Shown piece by piece: positions 8,248 to 16,582 of a stretch of 64,000 bases of DNA. How positions within the stretch are numbered: the stretch's first letter is position 1; every line of letters begins with the position of its first letter. The notes beneath the pieces were generated by a model. That model saw only the letters and a list, made by a program, of their open reading frames with translations. It was not told where the DNA came from and did not search any database. Source of the DNA: Chloroflexota bacterium (GTDB lineage Bacteria > Chloroflexota > Dehalococcoidia > Dehalococcoidales > UBA2162); assembly GCA_043812795.1 (NCBI GenBank), contig JBDRLU010000002.1, positions 535-64,534 on the forward strand, given 5' to 3'. Both the position numbers and the translations under genes were made by a program.

Positions 8248-8346
8248 ATGACTTTTTCAGCGGTCTGTTATGGAGAGTTGAGGACTCGTTTGAGTGTGAC
8301 TGGCAGAAACAGGTGTTGTGAGAAGAGGGCGCCAGCCCTCTTATAA
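8248..8346 (+). pseudogene. third RHS core remnant
   Basis: It has the same junction as 6647 (MTFSAVCYGELRTR..), then runs into the repeat cluster and stops. Confidence 0.5.
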
Positions 8347-8527
8347 AAAATTGCCCCTTCCCCTCGCAGGGGTCTTGTTCCAAAAGTACTAAAATTCGTG
8401 TCATTCTGAGCGTAGCGAAGAATCCGTCTGCCCTGTTCCAAGAACGGATTCTTCGTCGCTTCACTCCTCAGAATGACTTTTGGAGCAAAGCTCCTCGCAG
8501 GGGAAGGGGTTAAGGGGATAGGGTCGT
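8321..8527. repeat. composite cluster of palindromic repeat modules
   Basis: Contains AGAAGAGGGCGCCAGCCCTCTT, CCCCTTCCCCTCGCAGGGG, GTCATTCTGAGCGTAGCGAAGAATCCGT...ACGGATTCTTCG..CTCAGAATGAC (8400-8477), and CTCGCAGGGGAAGGGGTTAAGGGGATAGGG. Confidence 0.75.
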
Positions 8528-8623
8528 GCGAAAAGAGGTATCCTTCAACCAGAGGTGAAATCGCCTATCCCATTCCCCCAGTTTTGTGCTATACTGGTAT
8601 CTACCGGTCGAATAGACCCGGCG

Positions 8624-8660
8624 GTTACCCACTCTGTTCGGAGAGTGGGTAACTTTTTGT
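8624..8660 (+). terminator. rho-independent terminator-like hairpin
   Basis: GTTACCCACTCT-GTTCGG-AGAGTGGGTAAC forms a perfect 12-bp stem, followed by TTTTT. Confidence 0.6.
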
Positions 8661-8755
8661 GCTTGAATAGCAGCGCTTTTCAGGGTAGGGCGCTTGCGCT
8701 ATGGGCGTCTTTTATTGTATGGTATTAATACGCTTAATATTTTGAGGGAGAAATT

Positions 8756-9079
8756 ATGACAACTGAACCAGTGGTAACGGCCGAGGAGAAGGGCCTCCGT
8801 GCTTATGAGCTTGTCCTCGTGATTAACCCCGAGCTGATGGGCGATAAACTGGATGCCACCGTCGGTAACGTCAGCCAGTTTATTACCGACCGCAAAGGCG
8901 TGATAACCGAGGTGCAGCGGTGGGGCAAGAAAAAAATGGCCTATCCCATCGGCGGCTTTACGGAAGCGAACTACATACTGACCCGGTTTAAGTCCAAACC
9001 GGCTTTGGGTAAAGAATTAGAAGCCAACCTGCGTATTGCGGATGATGTCCTGCGGCATCTGCTGGTGAAATTGGATTAA
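8756..9079 (+). CDS. rpsF: 30S ribosomal protein S6
   Basis: YELVLVINPEL..ITEVQRWGKKKMAYPI. rpsF-ssb-rpsR gene order. Confidence 0.95.
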   Translation: MTTEPVVTAEEKGLRAYELVLVINPELMGDKLDATVGNVSQFITDRKGVITEVQRWGKKKMAYPIGGFTEANYILTRFKSKPALGKELEANLRIADDVLRHLLVKLD

Positions 9080-9135
9080 GCGTGGTAAGTAGTCTATCGC
9101 CAGGGTGTTTGAGAGGAGTGGAAGGAGTTCAAGGA

Positions 9136-9549
9136 ATGGTAAGCGTAAATCGGATGATAATCATCGGGAACCTGGGGGGTGAGCCGGAGATGCGCTTCAC
9201 ACCCAATGGGAGGCCAGTAACCAGCTTCAATGTTGCCACGAACCGGCGTTATACCACCTCTGAGGGTGAGCGCCGGGAAGAGACCGAATGGTTTACGGTG
9301 GTCACCTGGGGGCGGCTGGCGGAACAGTGTAACCAGTTCTTGAACAAGGGGCGGCTGGTCTATGTGGAGGGACGGCTGCGGACGCATAGCTGGGAAGGCC
9401 AGGACGGACAAAGGCGTTCCCGTAATGAAGTCGTCGCCGATAGGGTGAGTTTCCTCGACCGCCAGGCGTCGGCACACTTGCCGGAAGAAAAGATAGAAGA
9501 AGTGGGTGCCGAAGAAGAAGTCAGGCCGGAAGATATTTCCTTCCAGTAA
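9136..9549 (+). CDS. ssb: single-stranded DNA-binding protein
   Basis: MVSVNRMIIIGNLGGEPEMRFTPNGRPVTSFNVATNRRY..; acidic C-terminal tail. ATG 9136 is chosen over the upstream GTG. Confidence 0.9.
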   Translation: MVSVNRMIIIGNLGGEPEMRFTPNGRPVTSFNVATNRRYTTSEGERREETEWFTVVTWGRLAEQCNQFLNKGRLVYVEGRLRTHSWEGQDGQRRSRNEVVADRVSFLDRQASAHLPEEKIEEVGAEEEVRPEDISFQ

Positions 9550-9585
9550 CGTTCGAGAAACCTTAATGAATAGGAGTTGAGATAA

Positions 9586-9885
9586 TTGACGAGACAGCAA
9601 CAATCCGATAAAGGCAGGCCACCGCGGGGTGGTCGTTCGCGGTACACGCCGACACGCCGCGTCTGTTCTTTTTGCGTCGGTAAGGTGAAGGCCATCGACT
9701 ACAAAGATGCCGAAAAATTACGCAACTATATCTCCGATAGGGGCAAAATAGACTCGCGCCGTCGCACCGGCACCTGTGCCCGGCATCAACGGATGCTGGC
9801 CCAGGCCATCAAGAGGGCGCGGCAGGTGGCCTTGCTGCCTTACGTCTCCGCCCACATGCGTGAGACGGGCTGGGGCATCGGATAG
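9586..9885 (+). CDS. rpsR: 30S ribosomal protein S18
   Basis: ..[61 protein letters not shown] start after AGGAG. Confidence 0.9.
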   Translation: MTRQQQSDKGRPPRGGRSRYTPTRRVCSFCVGKVKAIDYKDAEKLRNYISDRGKIDSRRRTGTCARHQRMLAQAIKRARQVALLPYVSAHMRETGWGIG

Positions 9886-9948
9886 ACATTCGACCGGACT
9901 TGCGGTCGTAAGTTGCTTCTCTGAATACTATCCAAATGTGGAGTTAGC

Positions 9949-10086
9949 ATGCCAAAAAGGACTTATCAACCGAAGAAGATACCACGTCAGCGTGAACATG
10001 GTTTTCTCAAGAGAATGAGCAGCCGGGGTGGCCGCCTTGTCTTGAAAGCCAGGCGACTCAAAGGCCGCCAGCGGTTGACGATTTAA
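9949..10086 (+). CDS. rpmH: 50S ribosomal protein L34 (below the ORF-track size cutoff)
   Basis: Hand translation gives [45 protein letters not shown]. It lies upstream of rnpA as usual. Confidence 0.95.
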   Translation: MPKRTYQPKKIPRQREHGFLKRMSSRGGRLVLKARRLKGRQRLTI

Positions 10087-10115
10087 CGCTGAAGCACGTT
10101 CAGCCAGAGGGCGCC

Positions 10116-10508
10116 ATGAGGGGAGCACAGTACCTTACCAAACGGCAACAGTTTACCGCCGTTAATAGTCAGGGACGTCCCTGGCTATCCGGTCTGGTGG
10201 TGATGAAGGTCTTGCCCAACGGCCTGGCTATCTCCCGCTATGGCTTCTCGGTAAGCAAGCGGGTCGGTAATGCGGTCATGAGGAATAGAGTGAAACGTCT
10301 GATGCGTGAGATACTACGGAAAATGCCGTTGCAGCCGGGATGGGATATTGTCGTTATCGCCCGTCCGGCCGTCGCCGGTACCCGCTACAACGACTTGAGG
10401 AGTACTATAGAAGTCCTGCTATCTCGGGCCGGGTTACTGATCTCCGAGCCCGAAAGCGGTTTGACTGAGATTAAAACCGGGAGCGGCCGGCCGTTAGCCG
10501 CTTCTTGA
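10116..10508 (+). CDS. rnpA: ribonuclease P protein component
   Basis: Basic 130-aa protein (..[24 protein letters not shown]..) located between rpmH and yidD. Confidence 0.9.
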   Translation: MRGAQYLTKRQQFTAVNSQGRPWLSGLVVMKVLPNGLAISRYGFSVSKRVGNAVMRNRVKRLMREILRKMPLQPGWDIVVIARPAVAGTRYNDLRSTIEVLLSRAGLLISEPESGLTEIKTGSGRPLAAS

Positions 10509-10516
10509 GAGTTGAA

Positions 10517-10726
10517 ATGAAAGCGTTAGCTTTAGCTTTAATCAAGCTCTACCAGATGACGATATCGCAGGTTACGCCGCCATCCTGTCGTTTTATCCCG
10601 ACCTGTTCCGAGTACACCTATGAGGCGATTAGCCGCCACGGCTTCTTCAAAGGGACCTGGTTAGGCGTGCGACGCCTCGCTCGCTGTCATCCTTTTCATC
10701 ACGGCGGGTATGACCCGGTGCCGTAG
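10517..10726 (+). CDS. yidD: membrane protein insertion efficiency factor YidD
   Basis: ..[49 protein letters not shown]. Confidence 0.9.
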   Translation: MKALALALIKLYQMTISQVTPPSCRFIPTCSEYTYEAISRHGFFKGTWLGVRRLARCHPFHHGGYDPVP

Positions 10727-10776
10727 AGTGCGGCTCTTTATTTTGTAAACAACTTCGATGCGGATAATGTAGTTAA

Positions 10777-11913
10777 GTGAAAATAAAACAAAGCGTAATC
10801 TGGCGAAAAAAATCGGGACTGGCGTTGGCCTTGTTACTGGTTGGCGTGCTTGTCCTGGCCGGCTGCATGGGTACCGGGACTATCCCCAAGGGGTGGTCGG
10901 GTGGGATAGTGACCGACGGCACTCTCTACATCGGCTCGATGGAGGGGCAGCTCGTTTCGATGAACATCACCGATGGCAGCCGTTTGTGGGCACAACCCTT
11001 GACCGCGGCTGAACCGGTAGCGACCGGTCTGGGCTGCGCCCCCGCCGCCGTGAGACCGGCCTCGGTTTACGGTCCGCCGGCGGTATTAGGTGACCTGGTC
11101 TATGTCGGTGGCTATGATGGCATCGTCTATGCGTTTAATACGTCTAACGGTGCGCAGCGCTGGCTCTATCCCCGCCGTGGCCGTGTCGGTTCGGTTGTTG
11201 GCGGAATCATCGTCGCCAATAATAAGCTCTATTTCGGCTCGGCGGATAGTAAAGTCTATATCCTGGATGCGGCTACCGGCGATAATATCTCAGAGTTCAA
11301 GACCGGCAGCCAGATATGGTCCACGCCGACCATCGACGGTAACACTTTATTCATCGGCTCCTTCGATAAGAAACTTTATGCTCTGGACGCGAACACCGGC
11401 AGCCGGAAATGGGAATACGCTACGGAAGGGGCTATTGCCGCCACGCCGCTCGTCCAGGACGGCATCGTCTATATCGGCTCTTTCGATAGATATTTGTACG
11501 CTCTGGATGCTAATAACGGCCAGTTGAAATGGAAATTCATGGCGGGTAACTGGCTCTGGGCAAAACCCGTTATTCATAACGGCGTTATCTATGCAGCCAG
11601 CCTCGATGGCAAGGTCTATGCCCTCGATGCTGCGAATGGGACTAAAATTACCGACGAATTCGACCTGGCCGAGCCGATAAGCTCTTCACCCGTCGTGGCG
11701 GGCGACTCGGTGATCGTGGCTACCCAAGGTGGAACAGTCTATGCCCTGAATGCCGGTACCGGTGAAAACCGGCGATTGGAGAAATTAACGGAAAAAGTGT
11801 ATGCTCCACTGGTCGGGTCGGGTAATAGCGTCTTTATCCACGGTAACAAAGATACCCTCTTTGTTCTGGATGTCCAGACCGGGGCGATACGGAAGTTAGA
11901 CCTTAAACTGTAA
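10777..11913 (+). CDS. PQQ-like beta-propeller repeat lipoprotein (BamB-like fold)
   Basis: Signal peptide with ..LVLAGC. Repeated 'G.LY.GS.DG.VYALDA.TG...W.' blades, about 8 copies. Confidence 0.8.
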   Translation: MKIKQSVIWRKKSGLALALLLVGVLVLAGCMGTGTIPKGWSGGIVTDGTLYIGSMEGQLVSMNITDGSRLWAQPLTAAEPVATGLGCAPAAVRPASVYGPPAVLGDLVYVGGYDGIVYAFNTSNGAQRWLYPRRGRVGSVVGGIIVANNKLYFGSADSKVYILDAATGDNISEFKTGSQIWSTPTIDGNTLFIGSFDKKLYALDANTGSRKWEYATEGAIAATPLVQDGIVYIGSFDRYLYALDANNGQLKWKFMAGNWLWAKPVIHNGVIYAASLDGKVYALDAANGTKITDEFDLAEPISSSPVVAGDSVIVATQGGTVYALNAGTGENRRLEKLTEKVYAPLVGSGNSVFIHGNKDTLFVLDVQTGAIRKLDLKL

Positions 11914-11927
11914 GTGAGGTAGATTTT

Positions 11928-12896
11928 TTGAGTATCGGGCAAATTTGGGACCTAATTATTCTGTCCCCGATGATAAATATCATCATCATGCTCTCCCATT
12001 ATCTCGGGGGTAGCTTTGGTCTAACTATTATCGTGCTCACTTTTCTCATCCGGGGTGCGATGTACCCGCTGACCCTGAAACAACTTCATGCGAGCAAAGG
12101 CCTGCAACAAATGCAGGCCCAGGTGGCCGAGCTCCGCAAGAAATACGCGAAAGACAGGCAAAAACTGGCTCAGGAAGAGATGAAGTTGTACAAGCAGACG
12201 GGCATGAACCCCGCCGGCTGCCTGCTGCCCATACTCATCCAGATGCCTATCTGGATTGCTCTTTACCAGTCCATTATGCGGGTTTTAGCCGTAGCTCCTG
12301 AGGACTTTCTCAGCTTATCCCAGCACCTTTATACTTCCTGGACGCAAGTCTTTTCGCTGGTGCCGCTGGAAAGTCATTTTCTCTGGCTCGACCTCTCCCT
12401 GCCTGACCGCTGGCTGTTCTTACCGCTTCTGGTAGGCGGCACGATGTGGGTGCAGCAAAAAATGACCATGGTCACCGCTCCCGACCCCAGGCAGCAGGCC
12501 CAGAGCCAGATGATGTTATGGATGATGCCGATGATGTTTACCCTGCTGACGTTGCAATTCCCGAGCGGCCTGGCTCTATACTGGGTAGTATCGAACGTGT
12601 TCAGTATTGTCCAGCAATATTTTGTGACCGGGTGGGGTGGTCTGAGTTCGTTAGCGGCAGTGAAGAAGGTTACTGGTGAGAAAAAAATTCAGGGGCCTCT
12701 GACTTCGTCGAGGACGCCCGCGGCACGGTTTAGTGCCGGTGGCAAAACTCGTGAGCCGGAGAAACCCCAGGAAGAGGGAACCAATGGAAAGTCTGGAGAT
12801 GAAGGGCAAGACCGTGGAGGAAGCTATCCAACGCGCCCTGGAACAATTAGGCGTCCGCCGGGAGGAGGTCGAGATAACCGTCGTAAAAGAAGGTAG
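11928..12896 (+). CDS. yidC: membrane protein insertase YidC
   Basis: ..YPLTLKQLHASKGLQQMQAQVAELRKKYAKDRQKLAQEEMKLYKQTGMNPAGCLLPILIQMPIW.. with a basic C-terminal tail. TTG start. Confidence 0.9.
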   Translation: MSIGQIWDLIILSPMINIIIMLSHYLGGSFGLTIIVLTFLIRGAMYPLTLKQLHASKGLQQMQAQVAELRKKYAKDRQKLAQEEMKLYKQTGMNPAGCLLPILIQMPIWIALYQSIMRVLAVAPEDFLSLSQHLYTSWTQVFSLVPLESHFLWLDLSLPDRWLFLPLLVGGTMWVQQKMTMVTAPDPRQQAQSQMMLWMMPMMFTLLTLQFPSGLALYWVVSNVFSIVQQYFVTGWGGLSSLAAVKKVTGEKKIQGPLTSSRTPAARFSAGGKTREPEKPQEEGTNGKSGDEGQDRGGSYPTRPGTIRRPPGGGRDNRRKRR

Positions 12897-13488
12897 GGGC
12901 GGTATTTTAGGCCTTGGCGCCGAGGAGGCTGTAGTCAGAGTCACACCGCATGAGCCGGCACCGCCGGAGGCGGATGAACAAAGCAGTGGAGATGTTACTG
13001 AAGTCGTTAAGGATGTTCTGGAAAAGCTCATCTCTTTGATGGGGGTATCCGGTTCGGTTTCCCTCCAGTCTCAACCGGTAGTTGACCAGAAAATAGATAC
13101 CAGCGCTTCGGTAGTACTTGACATAAAGGGTGACGACCTCGGTATTTTAATCGGGCGGCGCGGCCAGACTCTTTCCTGTTTGCAGTATCTGGTCAGACTG
13201 ATGGTCGGCCACCAGACCAAGACGTGGGTACCTATCGTTATCGATGTCGAAGGGTACAAGCAGCGTCGTTACAAGGCCTTACAGACCTTTGCCCTTAATA
13301 TCGCCGAGCAGGTGAAAGTAAGGAAGGCGCCGTTTACCATGGAGCCAATGCCGGCCTATGAAAGGCGTATCGTGCATCTCACTCTTTCCAATCATCCCAA
13401 TGTTACCACTGAGAGTATTGGCGAGGGTGACGCGCGCAAAGTGATTGTCTTGCCGCGCAAGCAAGAACCTCAGGCTGAGAGTTCATAG
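12784..13488 (+). CDS. jag: Jag/KhpB RNA-binding protein (Jag-N, KH, R3H domains)
   Basis: MESLEMKGKTVEEAIQRALEQLG..; ..GDDLGILIGRRGQTLSCLQYL..; ..YERRIVHLTL. Follows yidC. The start is chosen by the family N-terminus. Confidence 0.85.
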   Translation: MESLEMKGKTVEEAIQRALEQLGVRREEVEITVVKEGRGGILGLGAEEAVVRVTPHEPAPPEADEQSSGDVTEVVKDVLEKLISLMGVSGSVSLQSQPVVDQKIDTSASVVLDIKGDDLGILIGRRGQTLSCLQYLVRLMVGHQTKTWVPIVIDVEGYKQRRYKALQTFALNIAEQVKVRKAPFTMEPMPAYERRIVHLTLSNHPNVTTESIGEGDARKVIVLPRKQEPQAESS

Positions 13489-13498
13489 AGGGTTTTGG

Positions 13499-16400
13499 AT
13501 GTTTCGTCCGGTCAATAGCAAAGTTAGTTTTCCACAACTCGAGGAAGCGATACTCAAATGGTGGCAAGAGCGTAATATATTCGGGCGGAGTATCGAAAAT
13601 CGCCGTGGCGCCCAGCGCTTTACCTTGAATGAAGGTCCGCCCACGGCTAACGGCAGTCCCGGCATCCACCACGTGCTGTCCCGGGCTTTTAAGGATGTCA
13701 TCCCGCGCTACAAGGCAATGAAGGGCTACTATACGCCCCGTATCGCCGGCTGGGATACTCATGGCCTGCCCGTTGAGCTGGAGGTGGAAAAGGCCCTCGG
13801 CTTCTCTACCAAAGCCCAGATTGAAGAGTATGGTGTCGACCGCTTCAACGCGCGCTGCCGGCAAAGTGTCCTCGGTTATTTGAAAGAATGGGAAGCTTTG
13901 ACGGAGCGGATTGCCTTCTGGATTAACCTCGAACACGCTTACGTCACCATGAATAATGATTACATCGAGACGGTCTGGTGGGCTATCAAGCAGATGTGGG
14001 ACAAAGGGCTGATCTATCAGGGCTATAAAGTCACTCCCCACTGCCCCCGCTGCGGTACATCGCTTAGTTCACATGAGGTAGCCCTGGGCTATCAGGACAA
14101 TACGGAAGACCCATCGGTCTATATCAAGTTCAAGGCGGTCCCGGAGAGCCGGGCGGCGCTGGTCAAGATGCTTAATCTGGATGCAAAAAGTCCTCTCTAT
14201 TTCGTCGCCTGGACGACGACGCCGTGGACTTTGCCCGGTAATACGGCTTTGGCCGTCGCGGCCGATGCCGAATATGCCGTGGTGGAAGTGGACGATGAGT
14301 ATTTTATTCTGGCGGACATTTTGCGTGAAGCGGCCGGATTGGGCGACCGCAAAGAAGTAGCCCATGTCCAGGGTAAAGACCTCATTGGACTGCATTACGA
14401 ACCATTATTTGAAATTCCTATTGCTTACGGTAAAGGTGATAAGCCGGCCTACCGGATTATCGGTGGTGATTTTGTCTCGATGGATGATGGCACCGGTATT
14501 GTGCATGTCGCCCCTGCTTATGGTGAAATTGACTTTGACGTCGGCCAGCAGGAAGGTCTGCCTCTGGTACATACTATCGCCCTGGACGGCCGGATGATGA
14601 CAGAGGTGCCGACCGGACTGACGCCGAAAGCACGGGCCGAAATGGGTACCGGTCAGAATTCGGCCTCGGTGACTAAGACGTTGGACCTGCCGGGCAGGGG
14701 TAAATTTGCGAAAGAAGCTGACCCGCTGGTTTTGCAAGACCTGAAGGAGCGGGGGCTGCTTTACCGCAGCGGGACAATCCGCCATACCTATCCCTTCTGC
14801 TGGCGTTGTGAGACGCCTCTCCTCTACTATGCCAAGCAGACCTGGTACATCAAGACCACCGCCGTGAAAGAGAGTCTGATTAAGGGTAATGACGCTATCA
14901 ACTGGTATCCCGAGCATATCAAGTACGGTCGTTTCGGTGACTGGCTGCAGAACAATGTGGACTGGGCGTTTTCCCGTGAACGCTACTGGGGTACGCCCCT
15001 CAACGTCTGGCAATGCGAAGCCTGTGGTAGCTATGAATGCGTCGGCAGCGTGGCCGAACTTAAAGGTAAGCCGGGTTTAGCCGGCTTCAAAGAGCCGCTC
15101 GATTTGCACCGTCCCTTTGTTGATGACATCAGCTTTACCTGTGCTAAATGCGGCGGGAAGATGAAGCGGCGGCCGGAAGTCATCGACTGCTGGTTTGATT
15201 CCGGGGCCATGCCCATCGCCCAGTATCACTATCCCTTTGAGAATGAAAATATCTTTGAAGACGGCCGTTTCCCGGCTGACTATATCTGCGAAGCTGTTGA
15301 CCAGACGCGCGGCTGGTTTTATAGCCTCCACGCTATTGCTACTCTCTTGTTCGACCGGCCGAGTTTCAAAAATGTCATCTGCCTGGGACTTATTCTGGAT
15401 GCCAATGGCGATAAGATGAGCAAAGCTAAAGGAAACGTGATTGACCCGTGGACGGTCATTAACAAGTACGGTGCTGATGCCATCCGCTGGTATCTCTTTA
15501 CGGCGGCACCGCCGGGCAATGTCAGGCGGTTCTCCGCCGATATCGTGGGTGAAGTGACGCGCCGCTTTCTTTTAACGCTGTGGAATGTTTATTCCTTCTT
15601 TGTTATCTATGCCAATATCGACAACTTTACGCCGAATACCAAAGAAGCTTCTTTGCCGTCTTCGGAACTCGACCGATGGATTACATCTGAGCTTAACCAG
15701 CTTATTGTTGATGTCGATACGGCGCTGGATAGCTATGATCCCACCGGTGCCGGTCGCAAGCTGGAAACTTTCGTCGATGTTCTCTCCAACTGGTACGTAC
15801 GGAGAAGTCGGCGGCGCTTCTGGAAGAGCGAAAACGATGCCGATAAGCTCTCCGCTTATAATACCCTCTATCATTGCCTGGTGACTCTGGCCAAACTCCT
15901 GGCGCCATTCGTTCCTTATGTGGCTGAGGAACTGTACCGTAATCTTGTCGGTTCGGTCGCGGCAGAAGCCCCCGAAAGTGTGCACCTGGCTGACTTTCCG
16001 GTAGCGGATACGACTCGAATCGACCAGCCCTTGATGGAAGCTACCCGCCTGGCGATGAAGGTATCCAGTCTGGGGCGGGCGGCGCGGAGCCAGGCCGGCA
16101 TCAAAGTACGCCAGCCTCTGGCGGAGGCGCTGGTCAAGGTCATCTCCAGGCAGGAGAGAACCGGACTGGAGAGCGTGCGTCCCCAGGTACTGGACGAGCT
16201 TAACGTAAAAGCAGTGAAATTTATTGACGATGCGGACGCATTGAATAAGAGCGAGTATTCGGTCAGTGAGGAAGGTAACTATCTGGTGGCGGTGCCGATT
16301 AACGTTTCGGCACAGCTTCTGGCGGAAGGGACGGCCCGGGAAATAGTGCACCGCTTGCAGACGATGCGCCGGTCGGCGGGCTTTGATATTGCCGATTACA

Positions 16401-16582
16401 TCGTTACTTATTATCAGGGTGACAGTTATATCGAACACGTCCTGGCTGATTTTGCCGACTATATCAAGCAGGAAACCCTTTCCCGTGATGTTATCGGGGG
16501 GGAACCTGAAGCGGGTGCTTTTACCGAGAAGCACAAGTTGGCCGGTCACGAAGTGCTGCTTGGCGTGAAAAAGCTTAGCTAG
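13499..16582 (+). CDS. ileS: isoleucine--tRNA ligase
   Basis: Class I motifs PPTANGSPGIHH (HIGH) and KMSKAKGN (KMSKS), with an IleRS-type editing domain. ATG 13499 gives the family N-terminus MFRPVNSKVSFPQLEE. Confidence 0.95.
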   Translation: MFRPVNSKVSFPQLEEAILKWWQERNIFGRSIENRRGAQRFTLNEGPPTANGSPGIHHVLSRAFKDVIPRYKAMKGYYTPRIAGWDTHGLPVELEVEKALGFSTKAQIEEYGVDRFNARCRQSVLGYLKEWEALTERIAFWINLEHAYVTMNNDYIETVWWAIKQMWDKGLIYQGYKVTPHCPRCGTSLSSHEVALGYQDNTEDPSVYIKFKAVPESRAALVKMLNLDAKSPLYFVAWTTTPWTLPGNTALAVAADAEYAVVEVDDEYFILADILREAAGLGDRKEVAHVQGKDLIGLHYEPLFEIPIAYGKGDKPAYRIIGGDFVSMDDGTGIVHVAPAYGEIDFDVGQQEGLPLVHTIALDGRMMTEVPTGLTPKARAEMGTGQNSASVTKTLDLPGRGKFAKEADPLVLQDLKERGLLYRSGTIRHTYPFCWRCETPLLYYAKQTWYIKTTAVKESLIKGNDAINWYPEHIKYGRFGDWLQNNVDWAFSRERYWGTPLNVWQCEACGSYECVGSVAELKGKPGLAGFKEPLDLHRPFVDDISFTCAKCGGKMKRRPEVIDCWFDSGAMPIAQYHYPFENENIFEDGRFPADYICEAVDQTRGWFYSLHAIATLLFDRPSFKNVICLGLILDANGDKMSKAKGNVIDPWTVINKYGADAIRWYLFTAAPPGNVRRFSADIVGEVTRRFLLTLWNVYSFFVIYANIDNFTPNTKEASLPSSELDRWITSELNQLIVDVDTALDSYDPTGAGRKLETFVDVLSNWYVRRSRRRFWKSENDADKLSAYNTLYHCLVTLAKLLAPFVPYVAEELYRNLVGSVAAEAPESVHLADFPVADTTRIDQPLMEATRLAMKVSSLGRAARSQAGIKVRQPLAEALVKVISRQERTGLESVRPQVLDELNVKAVKFIDDADALNKSEYSVSEEGNYLVAVPINVSAQLLAEGTAREIVHRLQTMRRSAGFDIADYIVTYYQGDSYIEHVLADFADYIKQETLSRDVIGGEPEAGAFTEKHKLAGHEVLLGVKKLS

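Noticed and set aside
13403-16549. Long antisense ORFs inside ileS: 13403-14041, 14405-15013 and 15572-16549, up to 325 aa.
   Set aside because: They lie opposite a gene with unmistakable IleRS motifs along its whole length. Their translations are low-complexity and Arg/Gly/Pro-rich with no recognisable domains. These are typical shadow ORFs in GC-rich coding DNA.
16575-16582. An 8-nt convergent overlap of the ileS and htrA-like stop regions.
   Set aside because: It is real in the sequence, but such short convergent overlaps are common in compact genomes. No structure or extra signal is associated with it.
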